A DNA stretch of 64,000 nucleotides, taken from the NCBI RefSeq assembly GCF_036660475.1, contig NZ_JAVXAO010000001.1:38257-102256 (forward strand), in the 5' to 3' direction. The notes under the pieces are model-generated. The model was not told the DNA's origin, searched no databases, and worked only from the letters and a program-made list of their open reading frames with translations. Shown here in pieces: positions 49,814 to 59,768 of the stretch (its first letter is position 1; every line of letters begins with the position of its first letter). The stretch comes from Clostridium sp. Lineage in GTDB: Bacteria > Bacillota > Clostridia > Clostridiales > Clostridiaceae. The position numbers were made by a program, and so were the translations under genes.

Positions 49814-50521
49814 TTAATCCAAGTTTTCTACTACTAATCCCTCAGACCAATAAGCATTTGCTGATTTTATAAACTCTTCTGCCAAATAATACCTATTCAT
49901 ACCAACAAACTCCGAATCATCATAGCGTTGTTCACTACTATATGCGTCATAGGTTTCAAAATATAACTTTTCATCTACCACCTTATATCCTTTAACTATT
50001 ACGTAATGTGGATAATCTACATCAAAATATTTTCCAACTCTTTCTTTTTTATTAGGGTTATAAGTTATATCTCCTAAATATAACCCAACTATAACTAGGT
50101 TTCCTTTATTTATCTCATCCTTTAATGACTCCTGATTTATAACATTTAGCCATCTTACTTTTATATCATAGTCTGTTGCCCAGTTATATAACTCATAAGT
50201 GGAAACTCCACGCACTTCCGGTACATACTTATCTCTTAACACCTCAGCTTTTATGTCAGAATCCTTATTCTGCCATTTAGCAACCATCTCTATTGAGGTT
50301 GGCCCACAGTTTATATACCCAAATTTACCTGTTGTCCATTGATCCACATACCAATAATAGTCCCTATCATTACTTACTGCTTCTGTTACCTTCGTTCCCA
50401 TTCCCCATGATGGGTCTAAATCTTCAAATTTAGGATTTGAAACTTTAATGTACACTACACCTGCAACTAAAATAATTGCCATTCCAATTATTAGTGTAAT
50501 AGCTAAGTTCTTTTTCTTCAT
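49814..50521 (-). CDS. Membrane-anchored papain-like (C39-like) cysteine peptidase domain protein
   Basis: N-terminal TM, NCGPTS (candidate catalytic Cys) and YPHYVIVKGY (candidate His). Confidence 0.5.
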   Translation of the reverse strand: MKKKNLAITLIIGMAIILVAGVVYIKVSNPKFEDLDPSWGMGTKVTEAVSNDRDYYWYVDQWTTGKFGYINCGPTSIEMVAKWQNKDSDIKAEVLRDKYVPEVRGVSTYELYNWATDYDIKVRWLNVINQESLKDEINKGNLVIVGLYLGDITYNPNKKERVGKYFDVDYPHYVIVKGYKVVDEKLYFETYDAYSSEQRYDDSEFVGMNRYYLAEEFIKSANAYWSEGLVVENLD

Positions 50522-50740
50522 AATAATCCCCCATTGATTGTTATTTTATTAACCTTTTTATTCTATTTTATACATTATATATCATGTGTGAATAATTTTC
50601 CATCATTATATTTTTTTTACATATTCCATTCTTTTGAAATCCATTGAAGTGTTTATATGCCTTTAATTTTAAACCCTTGATTATACCTACTTAATTAACC
50701 TCTATACCCTACCAACTTTATCCTCTGCCTTTTTTGCAAT

Positions 50741-50782
50741 AAAAAAATCAGCAGAGACTAAATTCTACTTAATCTCTACTGA
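50741..50782 (-). terminator. Terminator of the yitT-like gene
   Basis: Minus strand: tcagtagaga ... tctctgctga followed by ttttttt. Confidence 0.6.
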
Positions 50783-50819
50783 CTTTATATTTATTATCTA
50801 TTTGTTTCATATTTATTGT

Positions 50820-51671
50820 CTATTCAGATATATCCCCAAAGCCTTCACCTAAAACTTCATGGACATTATGTGTTATTATAAATGCATTTGGATCTTCATT
50901 CTTAATAAAATTCTTAAGCTTTATAAATCCCTTCTTGCCCAGTACTGTTACAATAACATCGCTTTCCTTCATATTATAAGCCCCTATAGCACGATATATT
51001 GTAGCACTTTTACCTAAATCCTCAATAATAAATTTCCTTATCTTCTCACTATGAGTGCTCATAATTTCAATACGTTTATTTATATTTAGTCCATCTATAA
51101 TAAAATCCACCATTGATCCATTAATTATAACACCAAGTAATGCATACATTCCTGTAGTTGCTCCGAAAGCTATCACTGCAAGGATAGTTACCATAAAGTC
51201 AATTATAAGAAGACCTTTTCCTATATCTATATGAGCATATTTATTTAAAATTTTAGCTGGTATATCCGTTCCACCAGTGGATGCATTTCTATTGAATACT
51301 ATTGCCATCCCTATGGCTCCAATTAAGATACCAAAGATAAGATTTATCAAAATATCCTCTGATATTGGCTTTGTTACAGGCATAATCTTCTCTAAAAGTG
51401 ATATAAGCACTGAAAGCATAAGACTTGCATATATAGTTTTTACTCCAAACCCTTTTCCTATAAAAATAAACCCAATTATAAAGAAGAATACGTTACCTAT
51501 AAGCATTATAATACCCACACTAAAGTTTGGTAAATAATTATTTATTACCATGGCAAGCCCTGTAAGTCCGCCTGCTGCCAAATTATGTGGTACTAAGAAA
51601 AAATGAGTTGCTATTGCAACTAATAATAATCCAAAGGTTATTACTATGTAGTTTTTAATTTCTTTTTTCAA
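50820..51671 (-). CDS. YitT family membrane protein (DUF2179 C-terminal domain)
   Basis: 283 aa, 5-6 TM plus a soluble C-terminal domain, typical YitT architecture. Confidence 0.8.
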   Translation of the reverse strand: MKKEIKNYIVITFGLLLVAIATHFFLVPHNLAAGGLTGLAMVINNYLPNFSVGIIMLIGNVFFFIIGFIFIGKGFGVKTIYASLMLSVLISLLEKIMPVTKPISEDILINLIFGILIGAIGMAIVFNRNASTGGTDIPAKILNKYAHIDIGKGLLIIDFMVTILAVIAFGATTGMYALLGVIINGSMVDFIIDGLNINKRIEIMSTHSEKIRKFIIEDLGKSATIYRAIGAYNMKESDVIVTVLGKKGFIKLKNFIKNEDPNAFIITHNVHEVLGEGFGDISE

Positions 51672-51745
51672 TTTAATCTCCTCCTCCTTGAATTTAACTA
51701 AGGTTATGAACTAAAATTATCATTAAATTTATATATTCCGCTCAT

Positions 51746-51818
51746 TAAAATCCATTAGTGATTCTGTCCTTACCTTTAAATTTTAAATTTTAAATCTTAT
51801 ATATTTAATTATAATTTA
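51746..51818. repeat. Head motif plus 7-bp-period repeat
   Basis: ttaaaatccattagtgattctgtcctta followed by ctttaaa ttttaaa ttttaaa tcttata. Confidence 0.7.
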
Positions 51819-51974
51819 TGTATGCCTAAATTGTCCTCTAGGTTAATAATATCTTGTTTGCTATAATATTACAATATTTTAGACATATTTATTACGATTT
51901 TTACGCTATCCCTATTATAATTCACATAAATTATTCCAGCATTAATATTTAACCTATATTTTACTATATATATA

Positions 51975-52027
51975 AAGCTAGGGTTTTAAATAATTTTCAA
52001 TTATTTAAAACCCTAGCTTATTTTTAA
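51975..52027. terminator. Very strong symmetric hairpin (bidirectional terminator candidate)
   Basis: Perfect 21-bp stem aagctagggttttaaataatt/aattatttaaaaccctagctt, followed by atttttaatt on the plus strand. Confidence 0.65.
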
Positions 52028-52062
52028 TTCTATATTCTAATTAAATTAATATAGTTGATTTT

Positions 52063-52121
52063 TTAAAACCCATTAAGGATTTTATCCTCATTTTAAATTT
52101 TAAATTCTATATTTTAAATTA
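52063..52121. repeat. Head hairpin plus 7-bp-period repeat
   Basis: ttaaaacccattaaggattttatcctca followed by ttttaaa ttttaaa ttctata ttttaaa. The head is near-identical to 9376..9404. Confidence 0.8.
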
Positions 52122-52234
52122 GAACCTATATATTTGCGTCTATCCGCTCCATTACTTTAATCCTTTATGTCATATTTAAAACATAGCTAATATATATTAT
52201 ATTTGATATGACAAAAGAGTTAAAATAAATTTTT

Positions 52235-52546
52235 CTATTTACAAGAGAATGTTGAACACTCTGTTTCCCTACTGTTGCATGCATGATCTCCACAAATTGA
52301 TATTTCATTTGCCTCACATTTACAACTTTGATTATGAACACAATTAGTCGCTTGACAGCCAATCTCCATTTGAGGATTTGGTGTCTCAGTAGAATTTGTC
52401 ATTGCCCCATTATTCTCTACAAAACTAACACAACAGGTAGATGATTTATTAGTTGCCTCTTTCCCTCCTACCGCTATTGATCCTGCACAGCAATAATAAT
52501 CCTGGTTATGTGAACAACTACAAGCATCACATTTTAATTTAGTCAT
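52235..52546 (-). CDS. DUF1540 domain protein (Cys-rich, two repeats)
   Basis: KCDACSCSHNQDYYCCA and CQATNCVHNQSCKCEA repeats. RBS aggagg. Confidence 0.8.
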   Translation of the reverse strand: MTKLKCDACSCSHNQDYYCCAGSIAVGGKEATNKSSTCCVSFVENNGAMTNSTETPNPQMEIGCQATNCVHNQSCKCEANEISICGDHACNSRETECSTFSCK

Positions 52547-52927
52547 AATACATTCCTCCTAAAGTTTATTTCTACATTATTGTTTCTTATAGTCGGAATT
52601 TTATTCTTTTAATATTATATGTTAATAAATAAGTCATCCATCCTATGATGTCTTTGCATATTTTATTAACTTTTAAAGAGTATTTGAACTAATTATAATT
52701 CAAATACTCTTTATTATTTTGCTATTATTTTCAGTTTAATTATATCTTCATCCCTATTACTCTAATAATTTTCCTTCTATATATTAAGCAACCTCCATCT
52801 AAATATAATAATACCTTAATACATAATATTGAGTTATATGCTAAAAATAGTTTCATTACTAAATATGAAGGGAGGTGTGTTTTAGTAAGGACTGTAATAT
52901 TTAATTTAACCTTACTAAAGCTATTTC

Positions 52928-53950
52928 ATGTTTGTTCCAAAACGAATACTCTTTGAAAAAGGAGCCCTAGATTATGAAATTGCTAAAAATATTTATAATA
53001 CCTTTAAGGACAATACGAATGTAGAAATAATAAAGTTGACCTCTAACAAAATTAAGGATCGCATTCCCGGGGATGACTTACATGATTTTTATAGAGCTGG
53101 TAAGGATACCTTAGTTGTGGGTATAAAAAAAGGCTTTAAGTTTCAGTCTTGTAAACCCTCAGCCCACTGGCAATTGCCCCTTGTTTCTGGATGCATCGGT
53201 CATTGTCAGTACTGTTATCTAAATACTAATCTTGGTGATAAGCCTTACACAAAGGTTAATGTAAATATTGAAGATATTCTAGCACAGGCTGAAAAATATA
53301 TTAATGAAAGACTTCCTAAGATAACTATTTTTGAAGGCTCTGCAACCTCAGATCCAATTCCTGTAGAACCTTACACCCATAGTCTTAAGCAAACTATAGA
53401 GTTCTTTGCAGCCAGTGAATATGGTAGATTTAGATTTGTTTCTAAATATAATGATGTGGATAGTCTCCTAGATATAACTCATAATGGCCATACCGAAATT
53501 CGCTTTACCATAAATACAGCAAAGGTAATAACTGACTTTGAAAATAGAACTGCCTCCATAGATAAACGTATAGAGGCAAGTGCCAAGGTTGCTAAAGCCG
53601 GTTATCCCCTTGGATTTCTAATTGCTCCTGTATTTCTTTATGAAGATTGGAAAAAAGATTACAGAGAACTTCTAATTAACTTACATGATAAATTACCAAA
53701 AAACTTATCAACTCCAGTAACCTTCGAAGTAATATCCCATAGATATACTCCCAAGGCTAAGGATATAATTTTAGAAGTATTTCCAGATACCTCACTCCCA
53801 ATGGAAGATGAAGAAAGAAAGTATAAATATGGTCAGTTTGGTTACGGTAAATTTGTATATACAAAGGAGCAACTTCAAGAAATGAAGGAATTCTTCACTA
53901 CGGAGATAAATGAGATTTTTAAAGACGGAGAGATAAAGTATATTATTTAA
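52928..53950 (+). CDS. splB: Spore photoproduct lyase (radical SAM)
   Basis: 340 aa with the CIGHCQYCYL CxxxCxxC cluster and an SplB-like N-terminus FVPKRILFEKGALDYE. Confidence 0.88.
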   Translation: MFVPKRILFEKGALDYEIAKNIYNTFKDNTNVEIIKLTSNKIKDRIPGDDLHDFYRAGKDTLVVGIKKGFKFQSCKPSAHWQLPLVSGCIGHCQYCYLNTNLGDKPYTKVNVNIEDILAQAEKYINERLPKITIFEGSATSDPIPVEPYTHSLKQTIEFFAASEYGRFRFVSKYNDVDSLLDITHNGHTEIRFTINTAKVITDFENRTASIDKRIEASAKVAKAGYPLGFLIAPVFLYEDWKKDYRELLINLHDKLPKNLSTPVTFEVISHRYTPKAKDIILEVFPDTSLPMEDEERKYKYGQFGYGKFVYTKEQLQEMKEFFTTEINEIFKDGEIKYII

Positions 53951-53966
53951 TTTAACGCAAGAATTT

Positions 53967-54017
53967 ATATAGACTAAAGCCATCACACATTGGTTGGCTT
54001 TAGTCTATATCTTTTTT
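53967..54017 (+). terminator. Terminator of splB
   Basis: atatagactaaagcca ... tggctttagtctatat followed by ctttttt. Confidence 0.7.
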
Positions 54018-54158
54018 CTATTTATAATACAGCTTCCTATAAATAAAAGGACTATTGGAATATATTTGAAAAGCATGTTAATATGAATATATAAAGTAGT
54101 TCAAAACTGTATTAAATTATGAAATAAGAATACTTTATTTTTGGGGAGGTAATTTATA

Positions 54159-54737
54159 ATGAGAAAAATATATTTAATTGCTATGATAATTACTTTTAGT
54201 CTTTGTATTGCTGGTTGCAGTAATTCAAGTTCAAACCTTGAAAATTATCTTAATACTGGGACATTAATTGATTCAAAAGCGAAAGGCACTATGCCCGAAC
54301 TAGAGAATTTACCTAAATATGATAATATAAAATACAAATACACACATAAATCCATGTTAATTTTTGAATCCAACTCCGTTGCCCTCATTATGGATTATGA
54401 TGATAATACATTTGAGATTGAAAAAGAGAAATTAGATGAACAATATACTTTCTTAAATGAAAAGGTTAATTCTGATTTTGATAAAAGCAAATATTATATT
54501 CCTCAACATGAATTCTCAGTAGAAAGTTATGATTTTAGAGTTATAGATAAAAATACTACTTATAATATAGATAATACAGATTTCCCTAAATCCTTTGGAA
54601 TGATTGGAATATCTGAAGAAAAAAAGAGTATAGCATATTTATATTTTTATGATGGAGATTTAGATTATATAGGAGAAGAAAATGAAAAAAATCCTATGGC
54701 TAATTTTGTTAAGAAATATTTTAAGTATAACTTTTAA
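54159..54737 (+). CDS. Lipoprotein of unknown function
   Basis: Signal peptide with lipobox CIAGC. RBS ggggagg. Confidence 0.6.
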   Translation: MRKIYLIAMIITFSLCIAGCSNSSSNLENYLNTGTLIDSKAKGTMPELENLPKYDNIKYKYTHKSMLIFESNSVALIMDYDDNTFEIEKEKLDEQYTFLNEKVNSDFDKSKYYIPQHEFSVESYDFRVIDKNTTYNIDNTDFPKSFGMIGISEEKKSIAYLYFYDGDLDYIGEENEKNPMANFVKKYFKYNF

Positions 54738-54852
54738 CCATATATTCCCAAACTGTAAATATTATCTTATATTCCATTTGACTGCTAAATAATTATTCTA
54801 ATAATACAGCTATTTATAGCTTGCTTATAGTATTAATACTTGTAATTCTTTT

Positions 54853-54899
54853 GTACATTCTCTTAAATTTATTATCATATTAAATTTAAGAGAATGTAC
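54853..54899. terminator. Bidirectional terminator
   Basis: gtacattctcttaaattt ... aaatttaagagaatgtac. Confidence 0.65.
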
Positions 54900-54986
54900 T
54901 ATTAACACTTGAATTTAAACATATTAAATTGATTTTAAGATAACTCTCTTAAATTATTGCACACCCAAAATCCAAACTTAGCACTT

Positions 54987-56162
54987 CTACACCTTGATAT
55001 CTATGCTATTAAATCGCTTATACGAAAGTATTAGAAATAATACTGTCCATATTGTACAAACTATTATTCCTAAGGATAAACTTATATTACTTGTAGATAG
55101 TCTAAAATTTATTACGCCTTCTAATATTTGAGTTCCATCAGAATAAGTTATGAAGAAATAAGGATATATATGTTTAAGAAATTTTATAGGAGTTATAAAA
55201 GTAATAACACTAGTTACTAATGTAATAATTCCACTTAATATAAAGCTAGTACTTACACTTATAGACTTTACTGATATGAATAAAGTCACTGCAATTATAG
55301 GAAGTATTGTAATGCCTTGATACAATATGGTCTTCACCAAATATTCACTTATAGTTATTATATAGCTACTATCTGCTATTGCACTAATATTTTTTAGTCT
55401 ATCTATATCATATAACGTACCTACTATCATAGGATATTTAGCACTTCCAAAATCAAATAACATCCCCATAATTAAGAAACTTATAATTTCAATTATTACT
55501 ACAGTAATATAACAGACTAAAAACAAAGCTAAAAACTTCGATATAATCACTTCTCCCCTTTTTATAGGCTTAGTTAAAAACATTTTAGCTGTAGAATTCT
55601 GCATTTCGCCACTTACGGTATCACAGGCTATTATTACTATAAGCATTGGTAATAATAGTACATTAATAAATTTAATTACCTTTGATATATCCACAAAGGC
55701 TTCAATCTTATATGCCTTTTGGGGTTCAATATTATTACTTAATAGATATTCATTTGTAAGGATTTCACCTTTAGATTTTTCCACATCATTATATCTAAAA
55801 GCTAATTCATCACTTTTTATCTTGTTATTAAGATTTTCATTTTTCCTTACAAGTTTTTCTTTCCAATTATAATTAGGCTGTTCTATCTCTTCCTTTAACT
55901 CTATATTTTCTTCTTCTATTACCTTTATCCTTGCTCTATATTCATTTAATTTATTTTCTGGAATACTTTCATCTTTCACCTTGGCTTTATAATCTATTAG
56001 TAAAAGCTCATTATTTTCTAACTTTATTGTTGGAAGTTCATTTTTAGCATCTACATGTATTCCATAAAATTTTATCCCGATTATAACCATGAGTGCCATA
56101 CAGAAAGCTATATATTTTCTACTTTTCACAAGTTTAAAAACTTCAACTTTAAATATATTCAC
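54987..56162 (-). CDS. ABC-2 type transporter permease
   Basis: One TM, a ~150-aa charged coiled region, then 5 TM. It is a paralog of the 57087..58313 product (TKPIKRGEVIISKFLA versus TKPVSRWKIILAKFLA). Confidence 0.7.
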   Translation of the reverse strand: MNIFKVEVFKLVKSRKYIAFCMALMVIIGIKFYGIHVDAKNELPTIKLENNELLLIDYKAKVKDESIPENKLNEYRARIKVIEEENIELKEEIEQPNYNWKEKLVRKNENLNNKIKSDELAFRYNDVEKSKGEILTNEYLLSNNIEPQKAYKIEAFVDISKVIKFINVLLLPMLIVIIACDTVSGEMQNSTAKMFLTKPIKRGEVIISKFLALFLVCYITVVIIEIISFLIMGMLFDFGSAKYPMIVGTLYDIDRLKNISAIADSSYIITISEYLVKTILYQGITILPIIAVTLFISVKSISVSTSFILSGIITLVTSVITFITPIKFLKHIYPYFFITYSDGTQILEGVINFRLSTSNISLSLGIIVCTIWTVLFLILSYKRFNSIDIKV

Positions 56163-57074
56163 CTACTTCACACTCCCTGCTATCTCCATAAATCTTTCTT
56201 CTAAATTTTGTTGTACCTTGTAAATATCAAGTACTTCTATGCCCCTTGAAGTAAGGAAATTTATTAATATAGGGAAGCAATCCTTATCATAGGTCAAAAG
56301 TAGCGTATCGTCTTGACGATTTATTGTTTTTATAAATATAGCTTGTTTCAATTCAATTATAGCTTTTTCTATATCTCTAACTCTAAGCCCGACACTCTCA
56401 ATATTCTTATACTTTAAGTTTGCTGTATCTTCAACAGAAACTATCCTGCCATTATCGATAAATGCTACCTTGTTACACATCTGCTCAATTTCAGCTAATA
56501 TATGCGATGAAATTAGCACAGCAGTCCCACACTCTGCAACTAAATCTCTTACAATCTTTCTAAAATCAATAATACCAATAGGATCAAGACCATTAGTTGG
56601 CTCATCTAAAATTAGTAACTTAGGTTTTGGTAGAAGTGCTTGCCCAAGGCCTAACCTCTGCTTCATTCCTAGGGAATACTTACTTACCCTATCATCTATT
56701 CTACTTCCTAATCCTATTATATCTATGACCTCATCAATTCTTTTTTTATCCACATTTCCATAAAGTGTTGCAAATATCTTTAGATTTTCACGACCTGTAA
56801 ACTCACCATACATATCTGGATTCTCAACTATACAACCAACGGATTTCATAGCCTTAGTAAATTGTTTTTTAATATCATATCCATCTATATATATACTGCC
56901 CCTATCTGGTTTCACAAGACCTGTAATCATCCTTATTGTAGTAGTTTTACCCGCTCCATTAGCACCTAAGAAACCGAATATTTCACCCTTATTTATTTTA
57001 AGATTTATCTCCTTTACTATAGGAATTTTCCCATAGCTCTTACATACATTCTCTAAAATTAGCACTTCATTCAT
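56163..57074 (-). CDS. ABC transporter ATP-binding protein
   Basis: Walker A GANGAGKTT, signature YSLGMKQRL, Walker B LLILDEPTNGLD. Confidence 0.9.
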   Translation of the reverse strand: MNEVLILENVCKSYGKIPIVKEINLKINKGEIFGFLGANGAGKTTTIRMITGLVKPDRGSIYIDGYDIKKQFTKAMKSVGCIVENPDMYGEFTGRENLKIFATLYGNVDKKRIDEVIDIIGLGSRIDDRVSKYSLGMKQRLGLGQALLPKPKLLILDEPTNGLDPIGIIDFRKIVRDLVAECGTAVLISSHILAEIEQMCNKVAFIDNGRIVSVEDTANLKYKNIESVGLRVRDIEKAIIELKQAIFIKTINRQDDTLLLTYDKDCFPILINFLTSRGIEVLDIYKVQQNLEERFMEIAGSVK

Positions 57075-57086
57075 CTTTCATTCCCC

Positions 57087-58313
57087 CTAAGCTTTAATAT
57101 CGCTTTTAACAAAAATAAAATGGCTTAATCCGTAACATACTATACTCCATGTAAGTAATACCAAAACTCCAAACTTATAGTTTACAAATGTAAGTCCCAA
57201 TAATTTATTTATACTTCCACTAATTATAGGCTCTGCATCTATATATGTTCCAAATAAGAATGGAAGGATTTTATCAATCATATTTGCAGGCACCAATTTA
57301 TTACCATCCGTTCTAGCAATTAAGAGAACAAAATTTGCAATCATAGTTATCATAATAATTAACAACGCTTCAACATGACCATGAATTACCGTTGTTACTA
57401 AGAAAACAAAGGATATTATAGCTGTTATCACTAATGTTTGTATCACTAACAGCTTAGCTATAAAAGCTAAATTTGATACAAGATACGTGCTTCCAACAAC
57501 CTCCATCACAACTGCCTTAAATTCTTGCATTTGATAATAAGGTAGGGATCTATATGTGGTTCCTATGCCTATAAGCTTATCCACATTCCCAACACCATAC
57601 ATAGCCGTTACTACAATGGTTCCTACTACTTCGGCTATTAATACCGTTAAATTTGCAACTATAAAACAAGCTAAAAACTTAGCCAATATTATTTTCCATC
57701 TACTCACTGGTTTAGTTAAAAGACATTTTATCGTTGCAGGTTTTCTTTCCCCTGCTATGACATCCATTACCATTAACCCGATTATTATCATTAATCCAAG
57801 TATACCTAAGGAATGATTAATTTCCTTTAAAAAGTTTATACCACTTAACCCATCTTCTTCCCCATATAGTGGTATATCATTTTTTATACAATCTTTTATA
57901 ATTTCGATTTTCACTCTATTATTTTCAGCAATACTCTCTGAAAAATTATACTTTTTTATTTCCCCTTCTAAATATTCGATATCCTTCTCTGCCCTTTCCT
58001 TCCATGGTATAGATTCATCTGATAACACTTTTATATGTGCAATTCTTTCTTTTTCCCCATCTATTATTCTTTTATAAGCTGCATTTATCCCCTGATCATT
58101 TGTCTTTTCTACCTTTGAATTACTTTCTTCCCCTAACTGATTTATATACTGTTCTGCACGCTTTATTTGACCTTTGTGACTAGTGTAACTGTTATAAGCA
58201 CTAATATAAATAATTACTGAGAGAACCATAATTATGATTAATAACACTACAGATATCCAATACTTTCTCTTTCTTAAAAGCTTTCTAATTTCAATAATTG
58301 TAAGACTTACCAC
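57087..58313 (-). CDS. ABC-2 type transporter permease
   Basis: Same architecture as the 54987 product. First gene of the operon. Confidence 0.7.
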   Translation of the reverse strand: MVSLTIIEIRKLLRKRKYWISVVLLIIIMVLSVIIYISAYNSYTSHKGQIKRAEQYINQLGEESNSKVEKTNDQGINAAYKRIIDGEKERIAHIKVLSDESIPWKERAEKDIEYLEGEIKKYNFSESIAENNRVKIEIIKDCIKNDIPLYGEEDGLSGINFLKEINHSLGILGLMIIIGLMVMDVIAGERKPATIKCLLTKPVSRWKIILAKFLACFIVANLTVLIAEVVGTIVVTAMYGVGNVDKLIGIGTTYRSLPYYQMQEFKAVVMEVVGSTYLVSNLAFIAKLLVIQTLVITAIISFVFLVTTVIHGHVEALLIIMITMIANFVLLIARTDGNKLVPANMIDKILPFLFGTYIDAEPIISGSINKLLGLTFVNYKFGVLVLLTWSIVCYGLSHFIFVKSDIKA

Positions 58314-58843
58314 CTAGTACACCTCCAAGCTTATTTTGAAACTGTTTCAACCTTACTACTATTATACCCCCCATTGAATTATATTCAATACTTTCAAATA
58401 TTTAACATATTTATTTTATTCAACGTAAATAAAGTCAGCATGGATTAGTACCCTTGCTGACCTTATTTTTTTAACTTTTATTTAAATTATTTTGATTATC
58501 TATCTAACTCTCTTGGACCATGCCGAAATCTTCATAGTTTTTTAAATAATATAAATTAAAATACTATGGCTTTAGATTTTAATATTCCTAGCTTCTTAAC
58601 TTCCTTCACCATCAAACCCTTGGTATTACTTAAATTGAACCGCCTAGGGCAACGCTAAATTTCCATATGTATTTCCACTTATTTTTCTGCAAAATTTAAG
58701 ACTTAGATATTATCACATTCCAATAAGTGAATAATATCTAAGTCTTAGTTAAATTTAAAAATCAATATTATATTTGGTATAAGGAAAGTTATAGGTTTAT
58801 CAATGGTTCTCGTCCGTATAAAGTTATATATTTTCCACCCTTA

Positions 58844-59632
58844 CTAATCTAAATACAAATCCTCATTATATCTCTTTGCATATAATAAAGATGCTTTTTC
58901 TAAATCAAGTTCTTGGACTAAAAGCTCCTCTTCGCCATAAGGAACATAAGCTAAGCATTCTCCTTGTGGTGAAATTATGCTGGTAGCAGAATCTTGATAT
59001 TCCATGGCATAATTAATACTTGCAAAATATATAGCATTTTCTACACTTCTAGAAATCATTGCTTTTTCATAATAAGGTGAATCAACTTGTCCCCATTTTG
59101 TGATTTTATTACCATTAATATCCGAACCCGTGCACTGTGGGTGAAACACTATTTGTGCGCCTCTCATAGCAGCCCATCTCACGGTTTCAGGATATCTCCA
59201 GCCTTCATGACAAATGGAAATACCAAATTTCACGCCCTTAACTTCGAATATTCTTCGATGAGTTTCTTTACCATATATACTATCTTCTGATGGATCAAGT
59301 TGGTTCTTAGCTTGATATCCCAGTATTTCTCCTTTTTCAGATATGACAAAAGCTACATTGTATATAATGTCATCTCCCCATTCCATTGGCAAAATCACAG
59401 CAACAGAATATTCTTCAGCCGCCTTTCTAATTTGCTCTAGTGAATCTTCTGCAATTTCTTGATTATGTGGAGGTATATCACCACCTTGATTTCTCATTCC
59501 TGGAATATAACATTCTGGAAAACAAACTATATCACATTGTTGCTGCTTTGCTTTTTTAATAAAATATTTAACCCTATCTATGCCCTCTTCTATTGACTTA
59601 GGAAATTTTCCTGAAGCAAGTCCTATTTTCAT
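58844..59632 (-). CDS. Carbon-nitrogen hydrolase (nitrilase superfamily) protein
   Basis: CFPECY (Glu), a Lys region, and ICHEGWRYPE (catalytic Cys). 262 aa. Confidence 0.85.
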   Translation of the reverse strand: MKIGLASGKFPKSIEEGIDRVKYFIKKAKQQQCDIVCFPECYIPGMRNQGGDIPPHNQEIAEDSLEQIRKAAEEYSVAVILPMEWGDDIIYNVAFVISEKGEILGYQAKNQLDPSEDSIYGKETHRRIFEVKGVKFGISICHEGWRYPETVRWAAMRGAQIVFHPQCTGSDINGNKITKWGQVDSPYYEKAMISRSVENAIYFASINYAMEYQDSATSIISPQGECLAYVPYGEEELLVQELDLEKASLLYAKRYNEDLYLD

Positions 59633-59768
59633 ATATACCCTTCTTTCTAAAATAACTATTTGCTCTTTGTTGTTCCATACTTTTATTATAATAAATAGTG
59701 TATAATTTGTATAATGAATAATTCAATCAACATTAATCTATATTATCGATAGTAGGAGTTATATAACT

